Below are positions 40,244-54,123 of a stretch of DNA of 64,000 nt, piece after piece. The translations under genes were made by a program, and so were the position numbers. Numbering within the stretch: position 1 is the first letter of the stretch; every line of letters starts with the position of its first letter. The notes under the pieces were generated by a model that made no database searches, was not told the DNA's origin, and saw only the letters and a program-made list of their open reading frames with translations. This stretch comes from Intoshia linei (Eukaryota > Animalia > Orthonectida): contig LWCA01000034.1 in NCBI GenBank assembly GCA_001642005.1, positions 8,462-72,461 of the forward strand. Direction: 5' to 3'.

Positions 40244-40725
40244 TTTATATTTAATTTTTCTAAATATGTAAAGTAATAAAGTTTATTTACGTTTTTATAT
40301 TATTTTGATGACAATGTAATCATTATTCAGTGTTTATAATAAAATGTTAACATGAATATTTGAAAATAATCCATACAAACAGATTATATACATTTTGTGG
40401 GTTATCCGCTACTATTTATTCTCGTATCTGCTTGGATTCGTACACAAAATATTGAGTAAATCGAGATTTAAACTATTTATGTATTTCTAAGGAAACTACC
40501 CGATGTTATAAAGATGGATATCTATTTCTCAATTAAATGTTCCTTGAATTTCTACAGGATAGCGCCTAAAAAATCTAAACCATAGTACTAGTCAATATTG
40601 TTTATTTAAACACATTTCATACACAAATTTAAAAAAAATGGACACATTTTTTAGCCTAAACTAAGTAAAAACTAAATAACCAAATGTAGATCAAATTTGA
40701 TTAATGAATCATCAATTATGCACAC

Positions 40726-42129
40726 TAGGGGTGTGAATTTTAGTAGTTTTTTTTTGAAATTTTATGGGACAGGAACTGATAAATTCGCGTATGACAGTTT
40801 TATGGCTACATTAAAAAAAATAATGGGTCTTGTTCAGTTTAAGCCCGTAAAATAGTGTGGCCTGAAAAAAGACGTATTATCACTTTTAGTTTATTTGGAT
40901 TAAATTTCAAGTCAAAAATTTTTATTCGTCAAAATAGATAAATAGTTTTGGCTTTACGTTTATCATCAAATAAACCAAAATTGATAGTACGTCTTTTTTC
41001 TGGCCATACTACGTAAAATGAACTTTAGAAAATGGAACTTTTTTGTCAAATTTTAAAAATTATTTATTTTGATTTTTAAGAAGTTATGTTGAATAATTCA
41101 AATTGTATGCATTCATGATTAATTATTAATTTATTAAAGTATTAATTGATTTTTGAATACATTTTTTAGTTGAATATGCATTTATAACAAAATAATATAA
41201 TAAATAAGGGGTCTCACTAAACAGTGAATCACTATTGTGACCAATAAATAAGTTTGTATACCAATAAATAAATAAGGTTGAAAGGAGCCACCTCTTATGC
41301 CCATAAATGAATCATTTTCAAGAGTTGGGGATGGTTAGACGGCTATTGTCCAAAAATGAATCTATTCGTCATATCCATCACCTTATACATTTTAACTTTT
41401 TACTAACGTTGATAATGAATGTGATTTTTACAAGTTTTATACACTTTTTAGAATTTTAGACATGACAACTACTTAAAAATCAAAATAAATAATTTTTGAT
41501 AATGTTTTGCGGAGACGCTTTTCATTTTAAAAATATAACTTTATTTACTGGAATGTTACGATGAGACACTGTATCTATGTTTTGAGTCGTCATGTTTAGT
41601 TGTTCACTTTGCATCTTTAAATTCAAGTCTACCTCATTTATTTTTGTTTTTAGTGAAAATTTTTACAATGAAAAATGATAATTTTTATAAAATTATAGCA
41701 AATTTAAACATCAATAAAATATAAAGTAAACGAGGTTGAATTGAATTTAAAGATGTAAAGTGAACAACCAAACATGACGGTCAACATAAGGCCACTCAAA
41801 ACATAGCAAACACATTCAATGGTAACATTACATTAACCCTTTCACTGTCTGTGTATTCTATACTATACACAGCAATTTCACTTCACACGTCTGTGTATTT
41901 TATGATATAACAGCAAATTTTGAAAAACTTTATTCTTTTATTTTCATAAATTTTCACATAGGTAATTTAAAAATAATACAAGTTTAAATTAAAACATAAA
42001 TTCCAGACGTGTTTGATGATGCATCATAAAATAGTATTAGACAGTGAAAGAGTTAACATGGATGAAAAAGGATGGTAACATCCTTTTCCCGATCCTGGAC
42101 TTAATTTAAAAAAATTTGGCACACCCTTA
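40726..42129. mobile_element. Composite hAT-type element with nested inverted-repeat elements
   Basis: Ends TAGGGGTGTGAATTTT...AAATTTGGCACACCCTTA; flanks ATGCACAC/ATGCACAT. Internal foldbacks at about 40846-41012 and 41575-41805. Confidence 0.7.
41837..42052. mobile_element. piggyBac-like MITE
   Basis: TTAA|CCCTTTCACTGTCT...AGACAGTGAAAGAG|TTAA. Related end at about 49735. Confidence 0.8.
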
Positions 42130-42577
42130 ATGCACATGTTGAATATATAGTTAAATTGAAATACCTAATTTCGAATATACCGAATGTTTTTACTGTCAAG
42201 CAGATGAAAGTATGACTACTGTATTATATGGAACAATTTAAATATACAGCCTTCAATTAAACTATCTAAGCTAGTAATTGCAAATCTTTAAGCGGAAAGT
42301 AGAGAATGAGAATATAAGAGTAGAACATTTGAATGAAAAAATCTGAGATTTAATCTGATAAAAACAAAAAACTATAAATCATTTAAGCATATGTAGTTAA
42401 ATGTAACATTTATCAGATTCAATCATTGAATCTTTTCAATTTGAATGTAAAAAATAATAACCAGGACATTTATTACCATATTTATGTATAGTTATAAAAT
42501 AAACAAAATAATTTCCATTAGAAACAATATCTGGCATTGAAATTAAATTTTATCTAAATTGATATATTCTGATAAAA

Positions 42578-43688
42578 ATGTGTGAAGTCTACGGAAATAC
42601 TAAAACAATGAACCTGAATAGTTTAATATTGACAAATATACAACAATCACCATATTTTCGCGATAAATTGTTAAAAATAACGACATATTCTGATCTTATC
42701 GATGAAATTTTCTACAAGGCAAGTACATAAAACTTATTTATATAAATTGTGATATTTAAATTAAATGAATTAAATTTTCATTATTCTTTAGGTTGATCAT
42801 TTGGAGCCATGGCAAAGAGGTACCAGAAGCTTGGCGAATAATAAAGGAATGTGCGGCGGGGTAATATTACCTGCATTAATTTTTTTTAGATTATATATCT
42901 ACATGTACATTTATAGTGAAGATAATAGATTGGCTTCATTTTACTTGACATTATTTTATTATCATGCAAAATATCATTTTAATTAAAATTAAACTAGACA
43001 TGAAAAAGGATTTTCAGATTTAAAAATTTAAATTTTTATTGAATTGTCAGTGTAAACTCAATTTTTTTATATTTTCAAATTTTAATATAATTTTAGGTAC
43101 GTGGCGTCGGAACCGGAGGTAATGGAATTCCTGATTAAGGCTAGAATTTTATTTTTCATTTAATGTATTTATTTTAAATTATACTTTAGGTGTGGTATCT
43201 AGTTCATTTTGCCTTCTTTATCGATTACACACACTTAAACCAACTAAAAACCAAATTCAAAACACTTTAAACCACATTGATTCACCTTACATTCGCGGAA
43301 TCGGATTCATGTATTTAAGATATACGTTAGATCCGAAAAAATTGTGGAAATGGTTTTCTAGATATCTTAAGGATGATGAGGTATTAAATTTATAATTTTT
43401 TTCAATTTAATTTAGCCCATTGATGTTCGTGCTGGTGGTGGCAATGAAATGACTATTGGTCAATTAGTCCGCCATTTTCTGGAAAATATTGAATGGTACG
43501 ATACTTTATTTCCCAGAATACCTGTACCAATACAAAAAGAGGTTCGACAACAATTGACAGAATATGATAAAAAAAACCAGCAAAATCAAAAAATTGACAA
43601 AAATGTCATAAATAATATCAACGTTAAAGGATTTCGGACACGATCCCGTTCTCCGTGTAAAAATTCTCGACGTCATTATATTCACTAA
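42578..43688 (+). CDS. PRPF38B: Pre-mRNA-splicing factor 38B
   Basis: Exons 42578-42718, 42792-42860, 43097-43118, 43190-43380, 43416-43688 give YGNTKTMNLNSLILTNIQQSPYF...DEIFYKVDHLEPWQRG...GMCGGVRGVGTGGVVSSSFCLLYRL...DSPYIRGIGFMYLRY...EWYDTLFPRIPVPIQK, diagnostic of PRP38B. Confidence 0.96.
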
Positions 43689-43727
43689 TTTTATTTTTGT
43701 ATGATAATAACATGGTGTATTTACATA

Positions 43728-46700
43728 TTAAATTATCAAAGTTGTGTAATTTTTTCGACATAATGGACAGTTGTTGGTGTTTCTTGATTCAATTTGGAGA
43801 TATGTTTCATATGAATTTAAACAATTTGCATGAAAGTAGTGGGAACATGACAGCAATATGTTTTTGGAATTTTTTCGGTTTAATTTTCCTAAGCATATTG
43901 GACATTCTGTGGTTTTACGTAAAACCATCTACATATCAAATGAATAATATAATTTTGATAAAATATTACTTAACAAAAAGCTTTTAAAAAATTTTTTGTT
44001 TCGAAAGGTTACTGTTAGGCAATTTCATTGGAAATTTTCCAACCTTTTAAATGTTTTTAATTTGTCATGGACCCAATCGTAAATCAATTTTAATGTGTTC
44101 ACAAAAAATTTTTTATTGGACCTTTTTAGCGGTTGAGAAAAACTAAATTAAATATTGTTTCCTAAATCAAAACTTCACAATGAAAAAAATGAATCGAAAA
44201 TATTCAAATTTTTCTGAGATCAACTACCACGTTGAGAATGTCGACTCTAGACAGTGTTTCCCCAAATTTCTTCCATATATTCGCTAAGACAAAACTACCA
44301 TACCAAGACTCCTCTTTTTCTTCCGGGAGGGGTTTAGAAGAAAATTTTGTATAATCAAATTTTTAAATTTTATATTTTTATGCTAGAATGACAGTTACAT
44401 ACTTTGTACAAACAGCATCTATTTTTGCCGAGATCTGACTTTTTTAATTCTACCAACAAAATAAAATGCTACATTCACAATTATCAACCCTTTAAAAGAA
44501 TGGATCCTAAACTTATTCCACCATGGACCCGTCATTTCACTTTACCTGATAATTTGAAGTTAATTATTCCCACTGAATTTTATTTCTATTATTTTATATG
44601 ATTTTGACGACGACTGCATGAATTTACCTTTTTGTAAATAAAATTCCAATTAACATTCGAATCTATTCTAAGATCTTTAGATTTATCAATATTATTTTGA
44701 CAAATTTGAAACAAATCTAAGGTAACGCCTTGTAATCTTTCTTGATTTTTTTCGAGCTTATTTGTTAAATTTTCAATCTAATTTACAGAAATATTAACAT
44801 AATTTTTAAATTTTTAAACCTTTCTGTGACAATCAAATTGTTTCAATTTTTCGTTTTTTGGGTAACACGTTTCTCTGTAGTTTAAATAAAATTTTCGTGT
44901 TTTTACTCCACGTAGAAAATTTTTTATTCTAAATTACTAATTTATTAATTTTATGTTACAAGGTTTTAACTTCAAAGTCGCCATTTTTTAATGTAATGTA
45001 GCAGGGCAATGATGGCAATTGACATAATGTTACCATTATAAGGAATTTGTTGAAATAGATAAACGATAATCAGATAAATAATAATCAGTTCATTTAAAAT
45101 TTTTAATTTCCTCTTAGATTTTAAAAACCACAAACTTATAGAGAACTTTATATAACAATATGAGAAAATATTAGTTGCTTACCCAAATTGGATTTATTTA
45201 CCAAAGCTTACTTATCACTGCATAAATTTCGATAATATTTTGCCGCATCATCGATATAAATCCATTCATAGTCTGGTTGTCGGCATATAGGGCAAATGGA
45301 TTGATTTGTACATTTTTGAAGTTTTTTAATGCAAATCTATATGAATTTTACACATTCTACTTTATTCAAGCAATTTTAACAGCAAGTAGATCAGTTTCAC
45401 ATAATATTTATTAGCGTGATCACTGATCAGTAAAGGTGTTACCAGTATTTCTGGTTCTATTTCCAATTAGAATTAATTTATTTCTGTAAAATATATTACT
45501 TCAAAGTTGCCAGATGTTGGGATTTTATCACAAAGCCTAGACGATTGCTAAATTTTTATTTTAAAATTCCACTTTTATCACACCATTAACAAAATTTAAT
45601 AAAAAATACTCTTTCAAGCCCTTTATGTCAAAACCACTTCTTACCAATTTTACAATAAACCTTGTGAGAAAAAACGTTTTAATCCAACCACAAAATAAAA
45701 AATACAATTTTATCAAACCTTAAGACTTAAGTTACAGTAAAATCTATCTTCCTACACTCTTGAAAACTTGGATTTTATCAAATCTTACAAAAAAACTCTT
45801 AATCCAACTACAAAATAAAAAACCAAAATTTTAGCAATCATGAAGGAAAAATCCCTTTTTCGGTGTGCTTAATTCCAAACATTAAAAATTAGTCATTTAT
45901 ACATTTAATAAATTTTCTGGTATCACCAAATCGACCACCCTTGCTGATCAGTGACTAGGAATTAAACCAATTGAAAAATTTTTTATAAATTGGATTGATT
46001 AATAGACCTTTTATAAGCACATGAAAAATATCTGCTAAATATAGACCATAATGGCGCCCAGTTTAATAAGTAATAAGAATAAAAAAATGTAAATTATGGT
46101 CATTGTTCAAGGAAATTTTAAAGATAATTTATATATTTATTTTGTATGCATAGATTTAGAATAAAGAACCGATATGAAACCAAACTATAAAAATAACTCT
46201 TTTACATTTCCGCTTCTGTCGGCTACCATACTCTCATCAAAACCATGGGGTTTTAATTTTTAAATAGATAAAACTTACATCATGAAAACTATGAGAGCAT
46301 GACAGCAAAACCTAAATATTTCAATAGTTAAAATTGTAAATTAAAAAAATATATAAAATGAAAATAACCTGATATCAAAATAATAAAATATTAACTGTCA
46401 CAAATTATTGCAAAAGTGTGCCATTTTTAAATTTGCAATTAAAGAGATTAAGTGTAGATGTTTTTTACACAAATTACATTTTAAACATAATAATAATATT
46501 AATAAGTTTCATTGAGACTTTTCCACGAAAAATAATTTTCAAGTTACCACATTAACAAAATCAGTTTTACCGCAATTTAAAAAAATTTACGTTCAGGTAA
46601 TATTATTTAATGGTTTTTAATTCTTATTAAAAATGATTTAAATTTAAATTATAAATTAACTTCTATCGTCTGAATTTCTCTTAATTACAAGCTTTCAAGA

Positions 46701-48811
46701 TCACTTTGATTAATGCTAACTTCCACACTGGTAATTTATTATTTAATTACACTACACTTAGATTTTAAATAATTTATGTAATTATGAAATGTATTAGAAT
46801 CTACATCAGCGGTTCTCAAATGTGGGTACTGGTATCCACTAGGGCAGTGGTGGGCAAACTACGGTCCGCGAGCTACTATGTTGTGTCCGCGAGATCATGC
46901 TTCATACTTATGTTTACATCGAATTTTAAAATTGATTGTATACATAGTATAATTTTACAACATGTCACATTAAATGGAATGTGACATGTTAATTATCTAA
47001 ATTTCAAATAATTATTAATTATATTATTATTATTAGTTAATTATATTTACGCATTATATAAAATTTTCCTATCTTTATCTCCTTTAAATAAAATAATTGT
47101 ATATTTTTAATTAGATTAAACTAAATGCAATGATACAACAATTAAATTTTTTGGTTGGTTTTATCAATGGTTGAACAAAAAAATTATTTTTATTATTTAT
47201 CAATAATAGGATAATTTTTGTTCTAATTTGATCAAATTCTATTTTATTGTTTGCATAAATATCATTATGAATACGTACAATTTTAAAACTTTATAATAAA
47301 CACAATTAATAATTAAAATGCACTCCAAAAATAATAATTGTTAATTATTCAAATGGAATTTTGACAATTTAATATTTAAAAAAAGCAATCAAATGTATAA
47401 GCCAAAATAGAATTTCATCAATTTAAATTGTTTCCTGTGTATTCACGATATTTGTGCGGCCCGCATATCAATAAGTTTGCCCACCACTGCCCTAGGGGTA
47501 CCATACATTATTTTGGGGTACCAGTTCGTCTCATCCTATGACTCACACTTTATGATTCATAAATTAGAAATATTTTTAAATATTAAATATTATTTAATAT
47601 TTCATAATACATTTATGTACATTTTTTTCATTCTCAAATTATAAAAAAAGTATACATAATTATACAATTTAAAATTCAAGGCAATAACTGATATACCATA
47701 TTGTTTTAGTATTGAAAAAATTAGATTATAATTCCTTTTAGTTTTTCTTATATTTCAATATAATATAGGTGCTCAAAGGTTTTGTCGGGGTGTATCTATT
47801 TTTGATGAAGTAGAGTTTAACTAACAATTCATTTTATTTGATTTTTTTTTAATTCACATGGTATCATAGTTACAATAAATAGAAATTATTATAGGGTACC
47901 AAATTATATTTTTTTTAGTTTAGGGGTACCAATTGCGAAGTAGGTTGAGAACCGCTGATGTACATGTTGTACATGTAGTAAAATTATATTTTATTTACTT
48001 TGGTATACAAATGTATTATAATTATTCATTACTTGTTTTTTATCTCTAAAAAGATCACAACAGATGGAACAAGATTTTTCAGAGTCTTTACGGTTCAATG
48101 ATATCATTTTAATTTCGCACCAATTTACAAGATTGCTATTACTAATTAATCCCATTCTTTCCGCTAAATATACATAGTATAATCAGGGGCGGATTCAAGG
48201 GGTTGCAGAAGGTGCAGTTGGACCCCCTAAATTTTAATTAATGTTTTGTAAAATAACTGAAAAAGGTTTTAATTTATTAAAACAATATAAATGGCGCATA
48301 ACATTACATATCATTATATGAACAATTGATCATGTGACTTGAAGCCTTTTGTTACCTGCACATTCACATGAAATTAAAAGAGACGCCCTAAAAAATTTTT
48401 TGCTTTCGGCGAAGTTAAATATATTGTTCGCTGCGCTCGCACCCTATTAACTAGCCTCTTGGATCAGTCCCTCATAATCATAATTAATGTTATTGTTTCT
48501 TATTAGATAAAAAATATTAAAATTTTGTCGTGAATTAAATTTATTATGCTAATTTATTTAATTTTCAGACTATTATTGTATTCCCATGTGCATAATTATA
48601 TTTAAAATTTACCTAGTGTCACATTTGATTTTTTATATACCTTTATATTATCTAAATGACCAAGTAAATAATTTTTATTCAATTTTATTAAAAAGATAAA
48701 TTAACCCTGTAAATAATATTTATATTTTCTAATTTTTCGACCATTATCAAGATTATGTTCATTTTCCAAACGATTTTGATAAGCTGCTGCAATATGAGCC
48801 AGTGATGTATT
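43728..48811 (-). CDS. RNF32: RING finger protein 32 (two RING-H2 domains flanking an IQ-like motif); first exon not located
   Basis: Exons about 48811-48706, 48652-48613, 48163-48033, 46311-46279, 45336-45212, 44928-44820, 44777-44628, 43929-43728: TLAERMGLI...CSICCDLFRDKKQVLLSCSHSFHDICIKKLQKCTNQSICPICR...KIKNFLRGVKTRKFY...CPICLGKL...LLSCSHYFHANCLNSYE...CPLCRKNY. Confidence 0.9.
46807..47957. mobile_element. hAT MITE (outer) in an RNF32 intron
   Basis: TIRs CAGCGGTTCTCAA...TTGAGAACCGCTG; TSD ATCTACAT/ATGTACAT. Confidence 0.85.
46845..47489. mobile_element. hAT MITE nested in another MITE
   Basis: TIRs CAGTGGTGGGCAAACT...AGTTTGCCCACCACTG; TSD CACTAGGG/CCCTAGGG. The same end recurs at about 61551-61567. 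Confidence 0.88.
48184..48473. mobile_element. MITE (CAGGGGCGGATTCAAG terminus)
   Basis: CAGGGGCGGATTCAAGGGG...CCTCTTGGATCAGTCCCT imperfect TIRs. Confidence 0.6.
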
Positions 48812-50298
48812 CTAAAATTAATTAATTATATATATACACTAAAATTATAATTTATAATTATCTTAAAAATTATAATAAATTTAATAATTAATAGTCAAAA
48901 TAAAGTTATCTTTTTAATTTAATTTGTGGGTTTTACAAGTGTTACACCTCTGTTCGACGTATTTCTCTATTTCACTCAAAAATAATTCATCAAAAAATAA
49001 AGATATTTGCGTGTAATATTCATATTTGTTGTTAATTTTGATATATCAACTAATGAGAATTCAGATAATAAACTATTTTTCAATATTTTTTAGGAAAATC
49101 TTTATTTTCAGTGCGCAACTCGATCCAAAGGCCAAAGATAAATAAATAATGTGAAAGGGTCATACTGGGTTTCACAGTGTGACAAATATTGATAATGTAC
49201 GAATGTAATGATAAATGTAAGGTATGCTATATAGGAAATTTCTATTATTTTATAAAATATTTATTTACATTTTTGAAGTGCATATTGTCAATATATTTTC
49301 AGAACACGATCGGTAATATTAGAATTGCAATGTTTACTTTTTTCATCGCAACACATTTTTGTAATAGTAAAATATAAAATAATTCTTATTTCATTCTTAA
49401 TATCAATAACTGAAATTCTAAAGGCCGTACCATGAGATTAACCCTTACGAGACAATATTATGTATAAATACCAAAAACTACACTCATAAATTTACATTGG
49501 TTTGTAAAAAAATCAAATTAAGGCTGTACCAATACAAATTATGAACAAATTGCTGTTCATACATTAACATGTAATATGCGTAAAAATTAATTTTATTATC
49601 AATGCTTTACTTTGCCAACAATAAAATAAATTATATATTGAGAATACAATAGACGTGAAATGATATAATTGCGTGTCATAAATCTATTTTATTGCTATAA
49701 ATGTGAATTTTATTGCTAATTCTTAGCCAAATATTAACCCTTTCACTGTCTGATGCATTTTATGTACTTTCACCACACGCCTGGAATTTAAAATTGAAAT
49801 TAATTTTATGCAGGCTAATTCCTTGTTAACGCAATCATTTGTTCAGAAAAAAAATCTTATTTTGTTTAAGAGGAATTTTTATGGAAAAACATTCTCGTTA
49901 ACGGAATTTTTTATAAATAATCTACATTAAAACTGGTTCCCGATTATCGTCAAAAATTATATGCTTGGGGATCCGTGAGTTCAAATAAAATGTAGAAAAA
50001 TTTTCATTAATTTTTGTTTATGTTAATAGGAGAATAAAATTTTCTATTTTTGAATATATATTCTACCTAATAGTTGCAAACAAATGGTGAACGTTTGAAA
50101 AGTTCAAATATTTAACATTAAAGATTTTGAAATATTTGAACTTGTTTTATATGTAAATTATAAATTTTAAATGTACATACCTACATACATTACATTTACA
50201 TACATAGTTTATCATAAATTAAATAAATGAAAATTTATTCATAAATAATTTATAATTAACCTCAACATCTGAAAACTATATTTTTACTTTATAAAAAT

Positions 50299-51341
50299 AT
50301 GATTATTTGGTGTTTAATAATGTTTCCAGGAATGTATTCAAAAGGTTTCACTCAATATAATCCATATTGGTTGGATGAAAATGTTGATATGTACTTTAAC
50401 ACAACGTTACCAAAAACCACGAAAACTGAATTCAACAGAAAATTTGGCAACGCTATTATTCATACATTAGGCACATGCTTTATTACCATGTTTATAGAAG
50501 CACTTCAGCATTGTTTTGACAGAAACCTGTACCTTTTACAAGCAATAAAATTATTTAATGTAATAATGGAATGTTCAGTAATGTATCATGTGTATTATTT
50601 CCAAAATGCAAATTTAGATAAAATTTTAAACAGTAAAACAGATATTTTATATTACAATCAAAGTATACTATTTATGAACATGGCATACATGATTACAAAA
50701 ACTGTTGTAGACTCTACATTATACTTAGACGCGTCGAAAATTGAAGCTGTGAAAAGATCAAATAAAAAAAAAGTCTTAAATCTTGCATTGTACATACTTG
50801 TCCCTGTCGTCATTGTAAATAGTTTTATAAATGTACAAGTAATTATTATTGAAATTATTATAATGTCTGGCATATTTCTCAATTTTAAAATGTTTTATGA
50901 AAGTCCATTGTTTAATTTTTTTCATGCATCAATTACAGTTATTTTAATTACATTAGAAATTTGCAGTTTGTGGAAATTGTCATATTTACCTCATTTAATA
51001 GCAGAGGTTTTTGCCTATTTTCAAAAAAAAATTTTAAAAGAGAGAATCAGAATAAACGAAATGATTTTAATATTTTTTTTTCAAAGCTGTCTCGCTTTGA
51101 TTCACAATTTCAGTATAAACAAAAATCAACGCACGCATTGATTATATTATTGACTTTTTTTGGCATCATGATAGTTATATTAATAGTCATACGTCTTAAA
51201 CTTGAAAAAAAAGTTTTGTTTAACAAATTGCATATAAAAAATAACGTTGATAGATCCAATGGAGGAATACAAAATATGATTTCTTTGCAAATCTTCTCCA
51301 ATTCAATTAACAATCCTTTAAATCATTTAGCACATAGATAA
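50299..51341 (+). CDS. Unknown intronless multipass membrane protein, apparently frameshifted near 51120
   Basis: 280-aa ORF with a hydrophobic N-terminus and several TM-like segments. An overlapping frame continues with a further TM (ALIILLTFFGIMIVILIVI) and a basic tail. Confidence 0.6.
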
Positions 51342-51672
51342 TCATTTTAATGATGTATGCATTATATAAATTAAATATATTTTATTAGTTACAAATTCTT
51401 AAACATGACATGTACACTAGGGGTATTCCATTTTTCTAATATAATAATGAGGTACGTTGAATTTTCTGCAAAATGATTTGATAAGTATATAGTTTATTAT
51501 AAAGTTGAAAATATATACAAGACAATCAATGTAAACTAATTATCGTTCATCAGACATGTTCGTCAATCGAGATATAAAAACCTATATTAAAAAGTATACT
51601 TTATGATAGAGTATTGTAATAATTTTATTTAACCATAATCTTCATGTACATTTAAAAAATAATGATAATTAG

Positions 51673-51967
51673 GCCTTTAAGGTATTGAATGGGTCTCAAC
51701 TAGACTTTGATTTCAAAAGTTATTACTATAAAATTTTTACTGAGCACAATGTCAAAGTGAATCAAACCAAGTTCAAAAATACAAGAAAAATGATGCACAG
51801 TATGAGATATGTGATAATTGTATTGGGTGTGTGTTTTATAGTATTTATTTTGTTGTTGGTTGTTGTGAAATTAATTTTCGCTAAATGCAAAAAAGTATGT
51901 TTTATATATTCACTAACCTACCAATTTTGTAGAAACAAAACCAGAAATTGCCTTTGATGATTGGAGG
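51673..51967 (+). CDS. Exons of an unknown single-pass membrane protein (partial)
   Basis: AG|AFKVLNGSQ...YVIIVLGVCFIVFILLLVVVKLIFAKCKK|GT, a short intron, then KQNQKLPLMIG|GTAAG. Start and stop not resolved. Confidence 0.45.
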
Positions 51968-53398
51968 TAAGATTATTTGTTACGAAGCTAAAAAAAATGA
52001 CCCTGAAGAACAATGTATTCATTATTAATGAATTATATGTATAATATACCTGTCACTAACTTTTAAATAAATTTTAAAACAATGTTTTGAGATATTGTCA
52101 GATCTCAATATTTAACATCTCACCAACAAAAATATGATTAGTTTGTTACTGTAAGTGGAGTAATTACCACTGGTGTAAAAGTTTGTAACTAACCTAGAAA
52201 TCGAAGATTCGCATCGAGGTATTGCTCGGCGTTATATATTTATTGAGATAACAGTAAGTGGCACTGACAAAGTAGTAAATATATTTTAACCATGTAGTAT
52301 CTACAGTGTAGATGAGTGGTTCCCAAAGTGATCCACATGGTTCACAAGAAAAATTTTTAATAAAATGAAGATAACCTTTTTTAACAATAATATTACATTC
52401 GAATATTATTCATTATCAATCATTTATTATTATAAATCTTCTCTATTTATATAGTCTATATTTATATTTAATAATTTATATGTATATTACATTGCATTAA
52501 AATATTATTATATTTTGATTTTCAGTTCCATGCATTACATTTCAATTTTCCATACTCCTTCCTTCCATATTTCCATAAATTAAATATAACAATTAAAAAT
52601 ACAAATTAATATATTTAAGAAAATTTGAATTCATATCAAATCAATGCAATAAAAAAATGATATTAAAAATCGCAAAAATATGATCCATTAATGGAAATTT
52701 AAAATCCAAAAACATTAAAATTTAACTTAATTTAAGTCTTAAAAGTAAAGTCAGAACTACTTATTTATAATGACAAACAAAAATTTTCGGCTTAAAATTT
52801 ATTCCAAATAAACTAAAAGTGATAGACGTATTTTTTTGGCCACTTTATATTAAATGCAAACATGACCATTTTAACTACAAATATGATTATATAAATAGAG
52901 AACATCTATATCTTTAAAGATGTAATATAGTAGAATTTATAATTATAGAAACATTAGATAAAACCTTTAAATTTAAGGCTAAATTCCAATAAAATTTAAA
53001 TTGTAATACAGAATACTGTACAAATAGTAAATCAATAAATAGAATATAAAGACAACTCTTTGTAAACGTAATACATTTGTAAATGTATAATTATTCCCAT
53101 TTTTTAACATTTGGTAAAGTAAAAATATTATAATAAATTGAATAATTATCCATCTGCCATATTATTAATAAGCTATTAAACAATTAAGTTTTCTTTAGCG
53201 ATTTTAAGTTAAAGAATTAATTTGAATTTGAAGCATTTTAAAGTTAAATTAAATAAATATCAAAAATTTATCGTGATGAAAACGCATGTGTAGCATATAA
53301 AGATTTTATGGAATTTGAAAAATCGTTTAAAAAGTTGTTGTTGGATACAAATAATCTTTTTATTGTTCAATAAAATTACTGCCGTATGGTATGAGAAA

Positions 53399-54123
53399 CA
53401 GAGCCGTTTAAAGGCATGGGAAATATGGGCTGTAGCCCAGGGCCCCTCATTAAAAAAGATTAAAATTAATAAAAGTACTTCACACTTATATCTTAAAAGG
53501 GGGCCACCAATTTATTAAAAAATACTTCACATTTATATCTTAAGAATCAGTTTATAAGTGTGGAAATTCAAATAGCTAGAAAGAAAATGGTTTAAACAAT
53601 CAAAGTTCTGGTAATTATTCAATTTAAAATATATTCTAAAATGTTGATCATATAATATTGACATAAAACTGTTTCAAATGATAATATTAAACATTAAAAC
53701 CTTTATATTAAAGTGAATATTCAAAAAATAAAGTAGGAAATCTTTGATTTTTTCTTATTAATTTTTAACTGTTTATATAATCAAACTTTCATGATAATTG
53801 AATAATACAGAATTAAAAATAATATTGACAAAAAAACTATTTCAAATGAGGATTACAACCATTCTAAAAAGTAAATATTCAAAAAAGAAAGTAAACTTTG
53901 TTCATTAATTAATATTATAAAAGTTACTAGAAACCTACACAATATCTTTTAATGTTTTTATTAATATCTTTTAATACAATAAGACTCTAAGTCTCCAACA
54001 AACAGTATGCCCTGTCTTTTTAACAGAAGTCCTATTTTTTTATCGCTTCGCTCGAAATTTTAAAGGGCCCGGCCCTTTACTTTTGCTTACCCTAGAGCCC
54101 CGAAGTGGTTTAAGACGGCTCTG
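53399..54123. mobile_element. hAT MITE
   Basis: TIRs CAGAGCCGTTTAAA...TTTAAGACGGCTCTG with perfect 8-bp TSD ATGAGAAA. Confidence 0.92.

Noticed and set aside
49093-49221. Exon-like segment upstream of RNF32 on the plus strand
   Set aside because: The frames tested from the acceptor hit stop codons, and no recognisable product emerged.
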